From NCBI GenBank assembly GCA_951406725.2, contig OX597819.1, forward strand, positions 52,576,001 to 52,640,000: 64,000 nucleotides of DNA, given 5' to 3'. The position numbers and the translations under genes were made by a program. Positions 12,466 to 26,176 of the stretch are shown here, in pieces; positions within the stretch are counted from its first letter, which is position 1; the number at the start of each line of letters is the position of its first letter. Below the pieces are notes generated by a model. It worked only from the letters and a program-made list of their open reading frames with translations. It ran no database searches and was not told the origin of the DNA. The stretch is from Octopus vulgaris (taxonomy: Eukaryota).

Positions 12466-12958
12466 GTGTGGGTGTATGGTGGATAAACTGACTCCAATAT
12501 GATAATGTTGGCTTCGGTGGAAACTGAACTTAGATCTTAAATAGACTTAACAATGTGAAGCATCAAATTTGTTGACGGTCAACCAATTCTACCATCAACC
12601 ACTGTTGATGAAACCACATATCAATCAAGACAACAGCATGAAACAATATATTGAAAGAATACTTCAGCTAATTGGCCATATGAGTAATAAAAGAGAGAGG
12701 TGGGGATGAATTATAAAGGGAGGTAGAAGACTAAGTGAGTGGAAAGATAGAGAGTTAGAGGGAGAAACAGAGTGAGGGCTTTGGTTAATAAAATGAAAAA
12801 TGGTGTGACGAACCAGGAAGGAAATGGATACAAAAGGCTAAGGATTGTATGAAATGAGAGAATAATGGAGATGAATGATAAGAGCAAATGGTGCAACACA
12901 AACAGAAATGGAAAGACTGAAGTTATAAAGACACAAAGAGATAGATAGATAGATAGAA

Positions 12959-13003
<45 letters not shown>

Positions 13004-13089
13004 CAGAGAAAGTACAAAAGGGAAATGATCTGAGGAAAGCAAAAGATCAGCACACTGATGAACTCAAATGGCACATATTACTTTGTGTG

Positions 13090-13405
13090 AAAAAGCAGCC
13101 ATACCTCCAGTGTTCCATAAGGAACACAACAATCACCCAAAAGGGAACCCAACAATACCTCCACATAGAAGACAACAGCTCTACCAAAGTACCTCCACAG
13201 AGAGAATGCAGTAAGTACTTCCAGACAGAACACACCAGGACCTCTAGAGGGAAAACACTGCAACGTTTCCAGGCAGAAAAACATCCAGACAAAGCACAGC
13301 AGTACCACAAAAAAAAAAAACTACAACAGTACCCCCAAACAGAATACAACAATAACAAAACCCCAAGAAAGAACACAAGGGCATTCCCAAAGACAACATC
13401 GCAGT
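13090..13405 (+). repeat. Degenerate about 23 bp minisatellite, same consensus as 3325-3660
   Basis: Units such as GAACCCAACAATACCTCCAC, CTACAACAGTACCCCCAAAC and GCACAGCAGTACCAC. Confidence 0.6.
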
Positions 13406-13524
13406 AGCTTTAAGCACTATAATGTTATTTTGTAGTTACCATTATTATGGGTTGACAATGGCCCCACTTTTTTTTTTTAAGCCTTTCAAAACTGAAGATA
13501 ACAATTACTGGATTAGATTTGTGT

Positions 13525-13710
13525 TATTAAGGTTCAACTTTCTTTTGGCTTTACATTCTGAGTTCAAACTGCTGGTGTCAAAATTGCTCTTCTCATCCTA
13601 TCAGGATCAATAAAATAAGCACCAGTTGAGCAGTGGAATCAATCTAATGAACTCTGTCACATCCCTCAAAATTTCAGGCACTGTACATATTGTAGAAAAG
13701 ATTATTAAAG
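13525..13710 (+). mobile_element. SINE family B, degenerate
   Basis: TTACATTCTGAGTTCAAA...TCATCCTATCAGGATCAATAAAATAAGCACCAG...AAATTTCAGGC...GTAGAAAAGATTATT. Confidence 0.65.
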
Positions 13711-13860
13711 TTCAACTTGTTCAACTGCATTTTTTCTTAGTATCAATAATTGTAATGTTAATTAAACCCTTCAATACCAACCTGGCTGAAACCACCTCAG
13801 CCCAAGCAATTGTACTGACAGTTATTCAGAGTCACCAAAATCAAAGGGCTTGAAGCTGCT

Positions 13861-14025
13861 TAGGAGTGGCTGTGTGGTGAGTAGCTTGCTTACAAATCAT
13901 ATGGTTCTGGGTTCAGTCCCACTGCGTAGCACCTTGGGCAAGTATCATCTACTATAGCATCGGGCCGACCAAAGCCTTGTGAGTGGAACTGATAGACAGA
14001 AACAGAAAGAAACCCATCGTATGTA

Positions 14026-14079
<54 letters not shown>

Positions 14080-14260
14080 TTGTGCATCTGTGTTTGTCCT
14101 CCCAACATTGCTTGCTAACTGATGCTGGTGTGTTTATGTCCCGGTAACTAAGCGCTTTGGCAAAATAAACCAATAGAATAAGTCCTGGGATCGATTTGCT
14201 CGACTAAAGGTGGTGCTCCAGCATGGCCACAGCCAAATGACTGAAACAAGTAAAAGAGTA
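13861..14260 (+). mobile_element. SINE family A, full length
   Basis: Head AGGAGTGGCTGTGTGG, B-box GGTTCAGTCCC, internal TA tract and tail GAAACAAGTAAAAGAGTA. Confidence 0.9.
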
Positions 14261-15338
14261 TTTACATATATATATATATATACACACACACACATATATA
14301 TTGAGCTGGAATAAGATGGAATATAATCCAATATGGAAAAACACACACACATACATATATATATATATAAAACATATATAAGATATATACAAAACATACA
14401 TATATATACATAACATATACATATATATATAATACACATACATAAATATATACATATATATATATATATGATATATACATAACACATACACCCACACACA
14501 CATATATATATATATATATATACACACACATATATAACATGCATGCACACACACACATATATATAGCACATGCATGCCAGATGGATAGACATGCATAATA
14601 CATACATAGATGTGTGTTGAATAAGGAAAGAGAAATGGGGAAGGGGAGGATCAAAGACATAAAGCAAGAATGCAAAAACAAAAAAAGATATTAGAAAGAC
14701 ACATAGCATAAAAAATGCATGCAAATAACTGCCGCTGGTCTCTAAGACAACAAAACTGTTTCGTAGAGGATGCGAGAAGGAGTGGAAATGAGGATGGCAG
14801 TTGGTGACAGATGGAGGTTTGCAGCCACACTATTGATGAAGAAGGTATTAATGATATATGTATATAAAGGCGTACATACAGAACCCACACATATAAGTAT
14901 ATATTAATATATATGTATTTATATATGTGTGTGTGTGTGTGTGTGTGCATATTTACATGTTTTTATGTGCACGTGTGTGAGTGCGCAAGCATGCTGTGCA
15001 CAGACATGGCTGTGTGGTTAAGAATTTCACTTTGCAACTGCATAGTTTCAGGTTCAAATCCAATGTATGGCATTTCCAGCAAACGTGTCTCTTTACAGTT
15101 TCGGGTTGGCTAACACATTAGCAAAGAGGGAAAAACAGTGTAGAGGCACATCACACATGCACACACACACACACACATGCACACAAAGTATGTATGCATT
15201 TGTGTGAATATATACCTGCCCCTCTGTTTAAGTCTATGTTTACCATCTAAGAACCAGTGCAGTTTATGTCAATATCCCTTTTATGATCCATAACTTAGCT
15301 GTCTGACAATTAGAGATTAACCAATAAATTAACCCATT

Positions 15339-15478
15339 TTAACCCACGTTAACCCTGTCGAAATTTTGAAGATAGTTATATAAATAGGGATAACAAACAT
15401 GCAGAATCATCCAATTAATCTGTATTGCAGTAAATAAACCAAATACAACTGTGCTCAAAAAGAAGGACCGTGGGTTAA
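15339..15478. mobile_element. 140 bp TTAA-flanked MITE (duplicated at about 16486-16623)
   Basis: TTAACCCACG ... CGTGGGTTAA perfect 10-bp inverted ends, including TTAA. Confidence 0.6.
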
Positions 15479-15887
15479 TATGAGTTAACTAGTAACTAAT
15501 ATGATAACCTAAGCTATATTAAAAGCAGTGACCCACCACCACCACCACTGCCACACAGCTACAATCCAATGACTGATGGAAGCAAAACTATAAAAAAAAT
15601 AAATAAGCATGTGTGTGTATATTACTCTTTTACTTGTTTCAGTCATTTGACTGTGGCCATGCTGGAGCACCGCCTTTAGTCGAGCAAATTGACCCCGGGA
15701 CTTATTCTTTGTAAGCCCAGTACTTATTCTATTGGTCTCTTTTGCCGAACCGCTAAGTGACGGAGACGTAAACACACCAGCATCGGTTGTCAAGCAATGC
15801 TAAGGAGACAAACACAGACACACAAACACACACATACATATATATATATATATACATATATACACACACATACATATATGTATATAT

Positions 15888-15961
15888 ATCATCATCATCA
15901 TTTAACGTCCACTTTCTATGCTAGCATGGGTTGGACGGTTCAACTGGGGTCTGGGGAGCCC
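15888..15961 (-). mobile_element. Very short RTE-type LINE 3' tail
   Basis: (ATC)n-ATTTAACGTCCACTTTCTATGCTAGCATGGGTTGGACGGTTCAACTGGGGTCTGGG; nearly identical to 36054-36130. Confidence 0.8.
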
Positions 15962-16282
15962 GATATATATATATATATATATATATGTCGTATATATGAT
16001 ATATATATATATATACATATATACGACATATGTATTGCATGTGTGCACTAATGATGATAAATAACTTAAATTATAATAAAAACTGTTATCTTTTATGAAG
16101 TGCGCGAGCATGCTGTGCACAGACATGGCTGTGTGGTTAAGAATTTCACTTTGAAACTGCATAGTTTCAGGTTCAATTCCACTGTATGGCATTTCCAGCA
16201 AACTTGTCTCATTACAGTTTCGGGTTGGCTAACACATTAGCAAAGAGGGAAAAACAGTGTAGAGGCACATCACACACACACA

Positions 16283-16320
<38 letters not shown>

Positions 16321-16969
16321 TACATACACACAAAGTATGTATGCATTTGTGTGAATATATACCTGCCCCTCTGTTCAAGTCTATGTTTACCGTCTAAGAA
16401 CCAGTGCAGTTTATGTCAATATCCCTTTTATGATCCATAACTCAGCAGTCTGACAATTAGAGATTAACCAATAAATTAACCCATTTTAACCTGCGTTACC
16501 CCTGTCGAAATTTTGAAGATAGTTATATAAATAGGGATAACAAAGATACAGAAACATCCAGTTAATCTTTATTGCAGTAGATAAACCAAATACAACTGTG
16601 CTCAAAGAAGGACAGTGGGTTAATAAGAGTAAACTACTAACTAATATGATAACCTAAGCTATATTAAAAGCAGTGACCCACCACCACCACTGCCACAATC
16701 CAATGACTGATGGAAGCAAAACTATAAAAAAATAAATAAGCATGTGTGTGTATATTACTCTTACTCTTTTACTTGTTTCAGTCATTTGGCTGTGGCCATG
16801 CTGGAGCACCGCCTTTAGTCGAGCAAATCGACCCAGGGACTTATTCTTTTCTAAGCCCAGTACTTATTCTATCGGTCTCTTTTGCCGAACCGCTAGGTGA
16901 CAGAGACGTAAACACACCAGCATCGGTTGTCAAGCAATGCTAGGGAGACAAACACAGACACACAAACAC

Positions 16970-17041
<72 letters not shown>

Positions 17042-17329
17042 ACATATATACGACATATGTATTGCATATGTGCACTAATGATGATAAATAACTTAAATTA
17101 TAATAAAAACTGTTATCTTTTATGAAGTGGGAATAACACCACATTTTTTTTCTCTCTCTTATTTTATATTTTACAGGAGTATTTTTCATGATTCCACTCC
17201 CCTTAGAATGTTTCATTGTATCAAGAGTTTCCTTCAGTATCATCTTACATTGCAGTGATAACAATTGAACATCTTCAACTTCACAGGTTCAGTGGAAACT
17301 GGAATTATCATCATTGATCAAGAGCATGT

Positions 17330-17363
17330 TCTTCATCTTTCTTTGTCTATTTATGTATGTATG

Positions 17364-17410
<47 letters not shown>

Positions 17411-17915
17411 ACACAAATAGATACATATATACTGATATAGATACTCAAGCACACACACACATGTGTGTGTGTGTGTGTGTATTGTATGTGTGTGTGTATA
17501 TATATATGTGTGTGTATATATATATATATATATGTGTATATATATATATATGTACACACACACACTCAAGAATTCATATACACACAGCCACACACACACA
17601 CACACACACAACTATAATTTTTCTTCTTCTAGTCTCTCTCTCTCTAGGAATCTCTTAGTCTCTCTCTATCCATATTGCATCTCCTTCTGTCCCCACCACT
17701 CACTTTCAACCTACCTACCTCTGAAGCTTACCAATATTCCCCCACCACTTCTCTTTCTCTCTCTCTCTCTCTCTCTCCCCCCATGTTTCTACAAATCTCT
17801 TACTCTCTTTCATCCTTTCACTCACTCTAAGTCAATCACTCTTTTGCACAAGCGTATACAGTTTCTCTCTGATGTATGTATGCATGCACACAAGCATATA
17901 TATATATATACATAT

Positions 17916-17962
<47 letters not shown>

Positions 17963-17980
17963 CATGTATACATACATACA

Positions 17981-18012
<32 letters not shown>

Positions 18013-18129
18013 CATACATATATACACATATATACATACATACATACATACATATATATATATACATACATACATACATATATATACATACATATATACA
18101 TACATATATATACATATATACATACATAT

Positions 18130-18161
<32 letters not shown>

Positions 18162-18842
18162 TAATGCACACATATACACACGCACACATACATTTATTGC
18201 ACACATGTGTGTGTGTGTCAGTGTGTACACATATATATATATATATCATACTCCATCTCTCCCCTTTAAATCCTACCCCATCTCCATATCTCTCACACTT
18301 CCCATACCAGCTCTTTCTCCCTCACCATCTTACTCCGTTCACTCCACACAACCCCTACATCACAACCACCATTACTGCTACTACTACTACGATATATATA
18401 TATATATATATCATATTTTACTTTCCTTTGTTTTTCTTTTTCTACTACTACTACTACTACTACAGCTATCATTAGTCGCCCCCTCCACCAACACCAGCTC
18501 CTGCATTACTTGTTACCGCCTCCTCATGAATCCCTTCATTATCTACAGAATAGTCATAATGAAGTTCAGAACATTTCTTTGCAAATAATTCAATTCCATC
18601 AATCAGATTTGTACAAGAACTGCTAAAGACATACAGGGCATGAAATAAATAAATAAATAAATAAATGGTGCTGGTGAAGAAGAAGAAGGTGAAGAAGAAG
18701 AAGAAGAAGAAGAAGAAGAAGAAGAAGGTGAAGAAGAAGGTGATGAAGAAGAAGAAGAAGAAGAAGAAGAAGGTGAAGGAGACAAAGAAAGTAAGGAAGA
18801 AGAAATGATGAGGAGGTTGATGTTAGGGAATGGGTGGGTGGG

Positions 18843-18878
<36 letters not shown>

Positions 18879-18897
18879 TATATATATATATATATAG

Positions 18898-18948
<51 letters not shown>

Positions 18949-18955
18949 TAGATAG

Positions 18956-18999
<44 letters not shown>

Positions 19000-19020
19000 G
19001 GATGGATTTATAGTTAATTA
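17330..19020. repeat. Compound microsatellite field: (TA)/(TACA)/(CA), (CTA), (GAA) about 18676-18804, (GATA)/(GA) about 18843-19000
   Basis: Directly visible simple repeats. Confidence 0.95.
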
Positions 19021-19388
19021 GAGGGACAGATGGGTAGATGATTGGAGAGATATAGAAACATAGAGAGAGAGATAGACAGGTGAGTACATAGAAGTAGGGA
19101 TCAGTAATCTGTTAGATGGGTGAGGGTTTGATGGCGGGGGGGGGGGGAGGTTAGCTAGCTAACTAGATAGATAGATGTATAGACAGACAGATAGTTGGAT
19201 AGATAGGCATGTAGGAAGATGTGTCTATGAGAGAATATAGGTAAACAAAATCAAAGAAATTGAAGATAAAAAGATTTCAGAAAACAGATAAGTTATAATG
19301 AGTTAATATAATACTGGGAAATAACTGCTTTATCTAATACAAAATGTAAGTATATATGCATGCATGTATAATGCACGTGTGTATACAC

Positions 19389-19442
<54 letters not shown>

Positions 19443-19900
19443 CACATTTGAGTGAGAGTGCATATGACTATGTTGTTTATGTACATGTATGCCTATACAC
19501 ACACACACACATACACATACATGTACACACATGGTCGAACTGACATAACATATAAGAAATGGAGAAAGGGATTTAGGCAGCCTGAACCAGGTTCATGCGA
19601 ACATATACACATCTACACACACACACAGATGTTTTGATCATAGAAGAAAAAAAACATTTCTCCCCTACCACCACCACCACCACCACCACCACACACACAC
19701 ACAAAAAAAAATGTCTTTAAATATTATTTAACCAGATAAATCATTTCTAAAATAAAATTTTTTCTAACTTTTATTTTCATTAAGCTTTGAAATTTTTTAA
19801 TTTTTTGTTGTTTTTTTTTATATTTTCTAAACTCTTTAAATGTAGCTCTTTCTAAAATAATTTTTATGTAAGTTTATTTAATTTATTTATTTAATAGTGC

Positions 19901-20209
19901 TTTCAAATTTTAGCACAGGGCCAGTAGTTTTTGAGGGGAAGGGAAAGTCAATTGCACTGACCCCCAGTGTTCAACTGGTACTTATTTTATTGATCCCAAA
20001 ACGATGAAAGGTAAAGTCAACCTCGGCGAAATTTGAACTCAGAACATAGTGACACATTTCGTCCAGTGTGCTAACTGGTACTTATTTTATCGACCCTGAA
20101 AGGATGAAAGGTAAAGATGACCTCAGCAGAATTTGAACTCAGAACATAGCAACAGGTGAAATATCACTAATCATTTCTTCCAGAGCACTAACAATTCTGC
20201 CAAATCGCT

Positions 20210-20240
<31 letters not shown>

Positions 20241-21295
20241 TGATGATGATGATGATAATACTCCAGAAGGTGCTCAAAAAATAAGAGGTGTTACCTTAGC
20301 TCACTTGTGAACAGCTGACACTGTAGTACATCTCCAGTATTAGAAGCTGTGCTAAGGCAATAAATGATAATAATAATGATTTCAAATTTTGACACAAGGC
20401 CAGTAATTTGGGGGGAGGGTATAAGTTGATTACATCAACCCTACTGTTCAACGGATACTTATTCTATCAATCCTGAAAGGATGAAAGGCAAAGCTGACCT
20501 CAGCGAAATTTGAACTCAGAATGCAAAGACAGACAAAATGCCACCAAACATTTTGCCCAGCGTGCTAATAGTTCTGCCAGCTTGCCACCTTATAATAATG
20601 ATTAATGATAGTGATTTCAAATTTTGGCACAAGGCCAGCAATTTCAGGGTAGGGGGATCAGTTGAATACATTGAACCCCAATACTCAACTGGCACTTATT
20701 TTATCAGCCCAGAAAGGATGAAAGACAAAGTTATCCTCGGCAGAATTTGAACACAGAACATAACGACAGACAAAATGCTGCTAAACACTTTGTCCAGCAT
20801 GTTAACAATTCTGCCTGCTCACCACCTTAATAATAATAATCTTTCCTACTATAAGCATAAGGCCTGAAATTTTGAGGGAGAGGATGAGTCAAATACAACA
20901 ACCCCAACACATAACTGGTACTTAATTTACCAATCCTGAAAGCATGAAAGGCAAAGTTGACCCTGGTGGCATTTGAACTCAGAACATGAAGACAGACGAA
21001 ATACCACCAATGATTCTGCCAGCTTGCCACAATAATAATAATAATGATAATAATAATAATAATAATAACAACAATAATAATAATCTTTTCTACTATAGGC
21101 ACAAGGCCTGAAATTTGTGGGGGAAGGGATTAGTCTATTAAATTGACCCCAGTGCTTCATGGGTACTTAATTTATTGACCCCCAAAAGGATAAAAGGCAA
21201 AGTCAACCTCAGCAGAATTTGAACTCATAGCAATGAGCGAAATACCACTAAGCATTTCATCCAGTATGCTAGCAATTCTGCCAGATCACTGCCTT
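19901..21295 (-). mobile_element. Head-to-tail array of SINE family B copies separated by (AAT)n
   Basis: Copies at about 19901-20209 (with internal partial duplication), 20379-20590, 20613-20827, 20840-21030 and 21082-21295. All are in the same orientation and contain CTGGTACTTATTTTATCGACCC...GGATGAAAGG...GAATTTGAACTCAG-like sequence. Confidence 0.9.
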
Positions 21296-22982
21296 AAATA
21301 ATAATAATAACAATAATAATAATAATAATAGTAACAACAACAACATCAACAACAAGAACAGCAACAACAGAAGTGGGTGGGGGCAGAGAAAAGAGGAAAA
21401 TCTCATGTAAGTGTTAGAGGATAAAAAAATAGCGAGAAGTGGAGTATTCGAAAAAAAGATGATGCTCAACTGATAGTTAACGACTGATATAACAGGGGAA
21501 GATGCTTACAACAATTTTAAGTATTTATTATTATCATTACAACTACTACTACTGCTTCTATTTTGGACCTTTCTCTCTCTCTCTCTTTCTTTCATCCCAC
21601 GACGACCACCAGCACCAGCTCTTACCAGCTGAGTACAAGACCGTCTGTGCAATGGCATTTCAGCTGAATCCACTCCATACGGACTACAGTAGAAAAGGGA
21701 ATCTGAACGACATCACTTGTTTCATACAACATCGACTAAAGGGAACTTGACAAGAATGTGACGGTTAAAAACTTTGTTGTAATAGCAACAACATCGTCAC
21801 CACCACCACCACCACCAATAATAACAATAATAACAACAACAATAGACATTCTGTTGCAGTGGTAGTGGTGTTGTCCAAAGCCATAACCAAGCCAATCAAG
21901 TAGACAGAAGTGTTCGCTGAAAACTATCATGGAATCAATAGAGATCTGCTACCATCAACATCACCATCGACCATTCTCATTTCTCACCGCTGCCACCACT
22001 ACCACCACCACCACCACCGCTATCCAGTGACACACCTCCGCCACTGCCATTATCATCCTTGTGTAATCGCAAAAGAAAATGTGAAGAGCATTCGATCACT
22101 TATCGTTGCCAAATAGCAAAGAAGAGGAAAAGAAGAGAGGAAGAGCAAATACAACTGTGTGAGAAAGAGAGAGAGAGAGACAGAAACAGAGAGAGACAGA
22201 AACAGAGAGAGAAGGTGGTGTTAGTGTTGGGGAGGGGGAGCATTTACAGAAGTACTTTGTTAAATTAGAGTGTTCTGTATAGGCAGAAAGAGAAAAATAA
22301 ATAGCAGATAGCAGTTCATATTCATATCATCTACGGCGATATCTGAGAAAGGACTTGATAAGTGGACAGTAGGAGCCATATTGTTTCGAGGCCTTTTTGC
22401 TGTACATTCTACCGATATGGCAGCAAAAGCAATAACTTCTTGAAGGCTGCAAACAAAGCACTTTGCAGAGTTTTCTTCAAAAGGACATTATGTTCTGTTT
22501 TCAAAAACTGTTGGGAAACTGACTAAAAAGAACTCCTTGTTGTGAGTTAACATTAAAAGATGATGGTGTGAGACAACGACAATAGATGCAATATAAATGG
22601 TCTTGCTTATAAAGCACGGTCAAGAAAGGACACTTGAAATTCTGAGAAAACTAGTAAAGAAACCAACCAAACGACTAAACCACATAATGTCGTTTAACTG
22701 TTGTCATTCTAAAGAATTGGAAGATAGGCGAGCGCACATTCCATGAAGTATAAAAATAAATAGAAAACGAACAAATAATAGAAACGCAGACCAGAAGCAA
22801 TCTATTCCATTTATACATCTCTGGCTGATGCACTTAGAGTAAATTAAAACAACAGTGCATATTGACAGTTTGCAAGTGATGCATCTAACTTATTGATTGA
22901 CTGGTATGAATTAACTGTGAGCTCATGCAATTAATAGCACCAACCCAAAACCACTTTGAGAACGATGGCATGAGATTGATGC

Positions 22983-23200
22983 GTCACCACCGCCGCCACA
23001 ACCATCATCATCATTGACGGCATCATAATCATAATCATCATCATCACCGCCACCACTATCACTATCATCATTGTCACCATCATCCTCATCACCACCACTG
23101 CCACTATCATCGTCACCACCGCCAACACCAATGTCACCACTGCCATCATCGTCACCAACACTACTATTATCATCATCATCATCAACAACAACAACATGTC
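22983..23200. repeat. Degenerate (CAT/CAC)n trinucleotide tract
   Basis: Directly visible. Confidence 0.9.
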
Positions 23201-23449
23201 CACTATTGCTATTATAATGATTTATTTATAATATCCTGCTTTGCTAAAACAGACTATTATTGTGAAGTGGACACAATAAAAAAAAAAAGAAAAAGAAAAA
23301 AAAAATCAACACTCACTACAAAGCATTTTCATCTCCCACACAAAGCATAAGATAGCAGTTTTAAACCCAATAATCAATTTGAATGTCTCTTCCCCTCTAC
23401 CCTTTATCATAATCATACTCATATGGCTGTCTCTCATTCTCTCCTTCTA

Positions 23450-23505
<56 letters not shown>

Positions 23506-23977
23506 CAATAGTTCTAACATATATGGCCATCCCTCATTAGGATCAAAAGCAGTAATCATTTTTCTCTATTAAAAATACCAATGGATTTACTGAAAGTCGA
23601 TACAAGGGAAAGCCCATCAGCTAGCTAGCTCCATTTCAGTGTATGTTCTCCATATTTAATTGGTTCTTTTGGTGTTGACTGTTCTAAACAACAACTCCAA
23701 TGCATGCCAATTTCTACCAAAATCCACCAACCTGCTTCTGTCATAGCTACTGCCTTGCAGTCAATGACATTAGTCACTAAATGTCACCCACCACCCACCA
23801 AAAAACAGAAACCAACTGAAGTGTAAAGATGTGTTCTAACAACATTGAGCTCAGTTTATTGTAACTTTGCCCAAATTGTATCATGGATACAATTCAGTAG
23901 ACCACGTATTGAGCTACGGAAGCATAGGTTGTGAGTTCAGATCCAAACAGAAGAAATTTGACACCAACTTTAAACAA

Positions 23978-24512
23978 GGCAAGCATGGCTGTGTGGTTAA
24001 GGAACTCGTGTAGCAGCCACATGGTACTGGGTTCAGTCCCACTGTACAGCACCTTAAGCAGGTGTCTTCTACAAAAGCCTTGGACCAACCAATTCCTTGT
24101 GAGTGAATTTGAAAGATGGAGACTGTGTGGAAGCTCCTCATATATATGTATATTTATCCATCTATGTATTTATCTATCTATCCACTCCATCTACCTATTC
24201 ATCCATCTATCTATCCATTTATCCAGCTATCCAAACAGTCACACACACACACACACGTGTGAATATATATACTTATGTATGTGTATACATTTGTCTTTGT
24301 TTTTGTTCCTCACCACTGCTTGACAACCAGTGTTGGTTTGTTTACATACCTATAACTTAGCAGTTTGGCAAAAGTGACCAATAGAATAAGCACCAGACTT
24401 TAAAAAAAAAAAATAAGTACTAGGTTTGATTTATTCATTTAAAACCCTTCATGACAGTACCCCAGCATGGCCACAGTCCAATGTCTGAAACGAGTAAAAT
24501 GATAAAACGATA
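23978..24512 (+). mobile_element. SINE family A, older full-length copy
   Basis: Head GGCAAGCATGGCTGTGTGGTTAAG, internal (TATC)/(CA) tract and tail CAGCATGGCCACAGTCCAATGTCTGAAACGAGTAAAA. Confidence 0.85.
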
Positions 24513-25848
24513 AGCCAGTTTGGTTATTCCGTAGTGTATGGTAAATAGGTAACAAAGACCTTTAGCGAAAGTTACTTTTGATAGACAAGCATCCGCTCAA
24601 TGCTTCTCAGAGCCAAGTACAGGCTTTATGAAACTGCAGATCATAGGAGGATTAATGCCTCGTTTTTCTTTCATTTCCTCTACTTTCTTTTATTTATTTC
24701 CCCCCTACCAATGTTTCCCCTCTTCAAAAGTGTATGTGTACCCAATACATCAGCTTAATGACATTTTATTTAGAAGGTGCCATGTTTACATCATTGCAAC
24801 TGATTTCTATCTTATTCATATTTATGTGTCAAAGAAGTGGTCTCTGATACAAAGTTAAGAAGTTTTACTTAAGCTGCTCTCTTTCTCTTTCAAGTGTGCG
24901 CACACATACACACACACACAGAAAGAAAAATGAAGAGCTTGTACATCTAAGAGTTAAACAGTAAGAAAAGGTTTTTCAAGAGTAGTTAGACCACTAAACT
25001 ATAGATATGGTATATTATATAACTGTTGCATTTAATCTGTATTTGTTTGTGTGTGTGAACATACGCACACCCATATTTGCAGATTTTGGTGTATAAAGAG
25101 GACATGAGTATTTAATATATGTAACAGAGTTTTATTTATCCATACCAAATTACTTACTCCAATACAGGAAACTCAGAGTAGAATCAGACTGAACCAATGA
25201 ATACACACTGTCAACCAATGAATACACACACATGAGAGTATCTTCCAAAAGTGATACTTAACATGAGGTTCTTCTTAGGTGGTCTAATTACTTTTAAAAC
25301 AAAAACACTTCACTTTATCTAAGCATGCATACACACAAACACACACACACACCACTTCAAGTACAAACACTTTATTCCTTTGGAAGTTTAATTGCAATCT
25401 TAGTGTGAAGCATCTGTCACATTCATATTACTAAGTAGATTTGTAAATCCTATTGTGTTAAGACCAGCATGACTGCCGGAAAGAAAGGGGGCAATATTAA
25501 TCAGTCTGCTCATTGCAAGGGCACAGGCAAGGTTGAGAGGTTAAGGAGTTTGGCTGGCATTCAAATGATTCCAGGTCCAAATCTCACAGTACAGCACTTG
25601 GAGCAGTTGTCTTCCGATCACAGCCTTGGTTTCACCAAATCCTTGAAAGTTGAATTTTGTAGAGCAAAATTGAGTTGAGTATCAATCAGTGTGAGTGTGT
25701 GCCTTGTCTACATAAATTCTATCAAGCAACCAAAATGGGATTTGCCCAAAGGGACCCTTGAGTAATGTTATTTGACAGAGGGCATAGCCCAGAGATTAGA
25801 GAGTCTCTCCAAGTCAAGCTGCTACTTAATTGCATTATGAGGTCATAG

Positions 25849-26176
25849 GATAAAGGGTAAAGACCACTTTCAATCATGTATGACCATGAGATTGCACCTA
25901 GAAAGTTACCCTCCGAGGCACAAGTTCGGGCAACCAGTCACCTATGCATACCAGTCTCCCCTCTCCATTTCACCGATGCTTATCCAAGGGAAAGTTAAAG
26001 GCCAATACAGCTTGGCACCAGTGATGTTACAACTCATTTCTACAGCTGAGTGAACTGGAGCAATGTGAAATAAAGTGTCTTGCTCAAGAACTCGACATAC
26101 AGCTCGGTCCAGGAACTGAACCCACTACTGCACAATTGTGAACCCAACTCTCTAACCACTGAGCCATGCACCTTCA
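25849..26176 (-). mobile_element. SINE family C (tRNA-derived), near full length
   Basis: Minus strand TGAAGGTGCATGGCTCAGTGGTTAGAG...GGTTCAGTTCC...TTCTTGAGCAAGACACTTT...; homologous to 60968-61240. Confidence 0.85.

Larger units (their letters stand above)
14980..17129. repeat. Local tandem duplication, units 14980-16098 and 16099-17125
   Basis: Collinear near-identical sequence: degenerate + SINE, TTAA MITE, minus-strand SINE A 3' half and unique AT-rich flank. AGTG microhomology at 14980, 16099 and 17126. Confidence 0.9.

Noticed and set aside
14728-14830. Possible minus-strand exon after TTCTTCATCAATAG
   Set aside because: No convincing donor site and no recognisable peptide in any frame.
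17314-18588. Long ORFs up to 238 aa ([12 protein letters not shown]-rich), and similar ORFs near 14134, 31839, 40027, 47888, 56142 and 62152
   Set aside because: They are translations of stop-free dinucleotide microsatellites, open in several frames at once, with no protein-like complexity.
18603-18785. Poly-Ser / poly-Glu ORF
   Set aside because: It is a (GAA)n microsatellite without splice or coding context.
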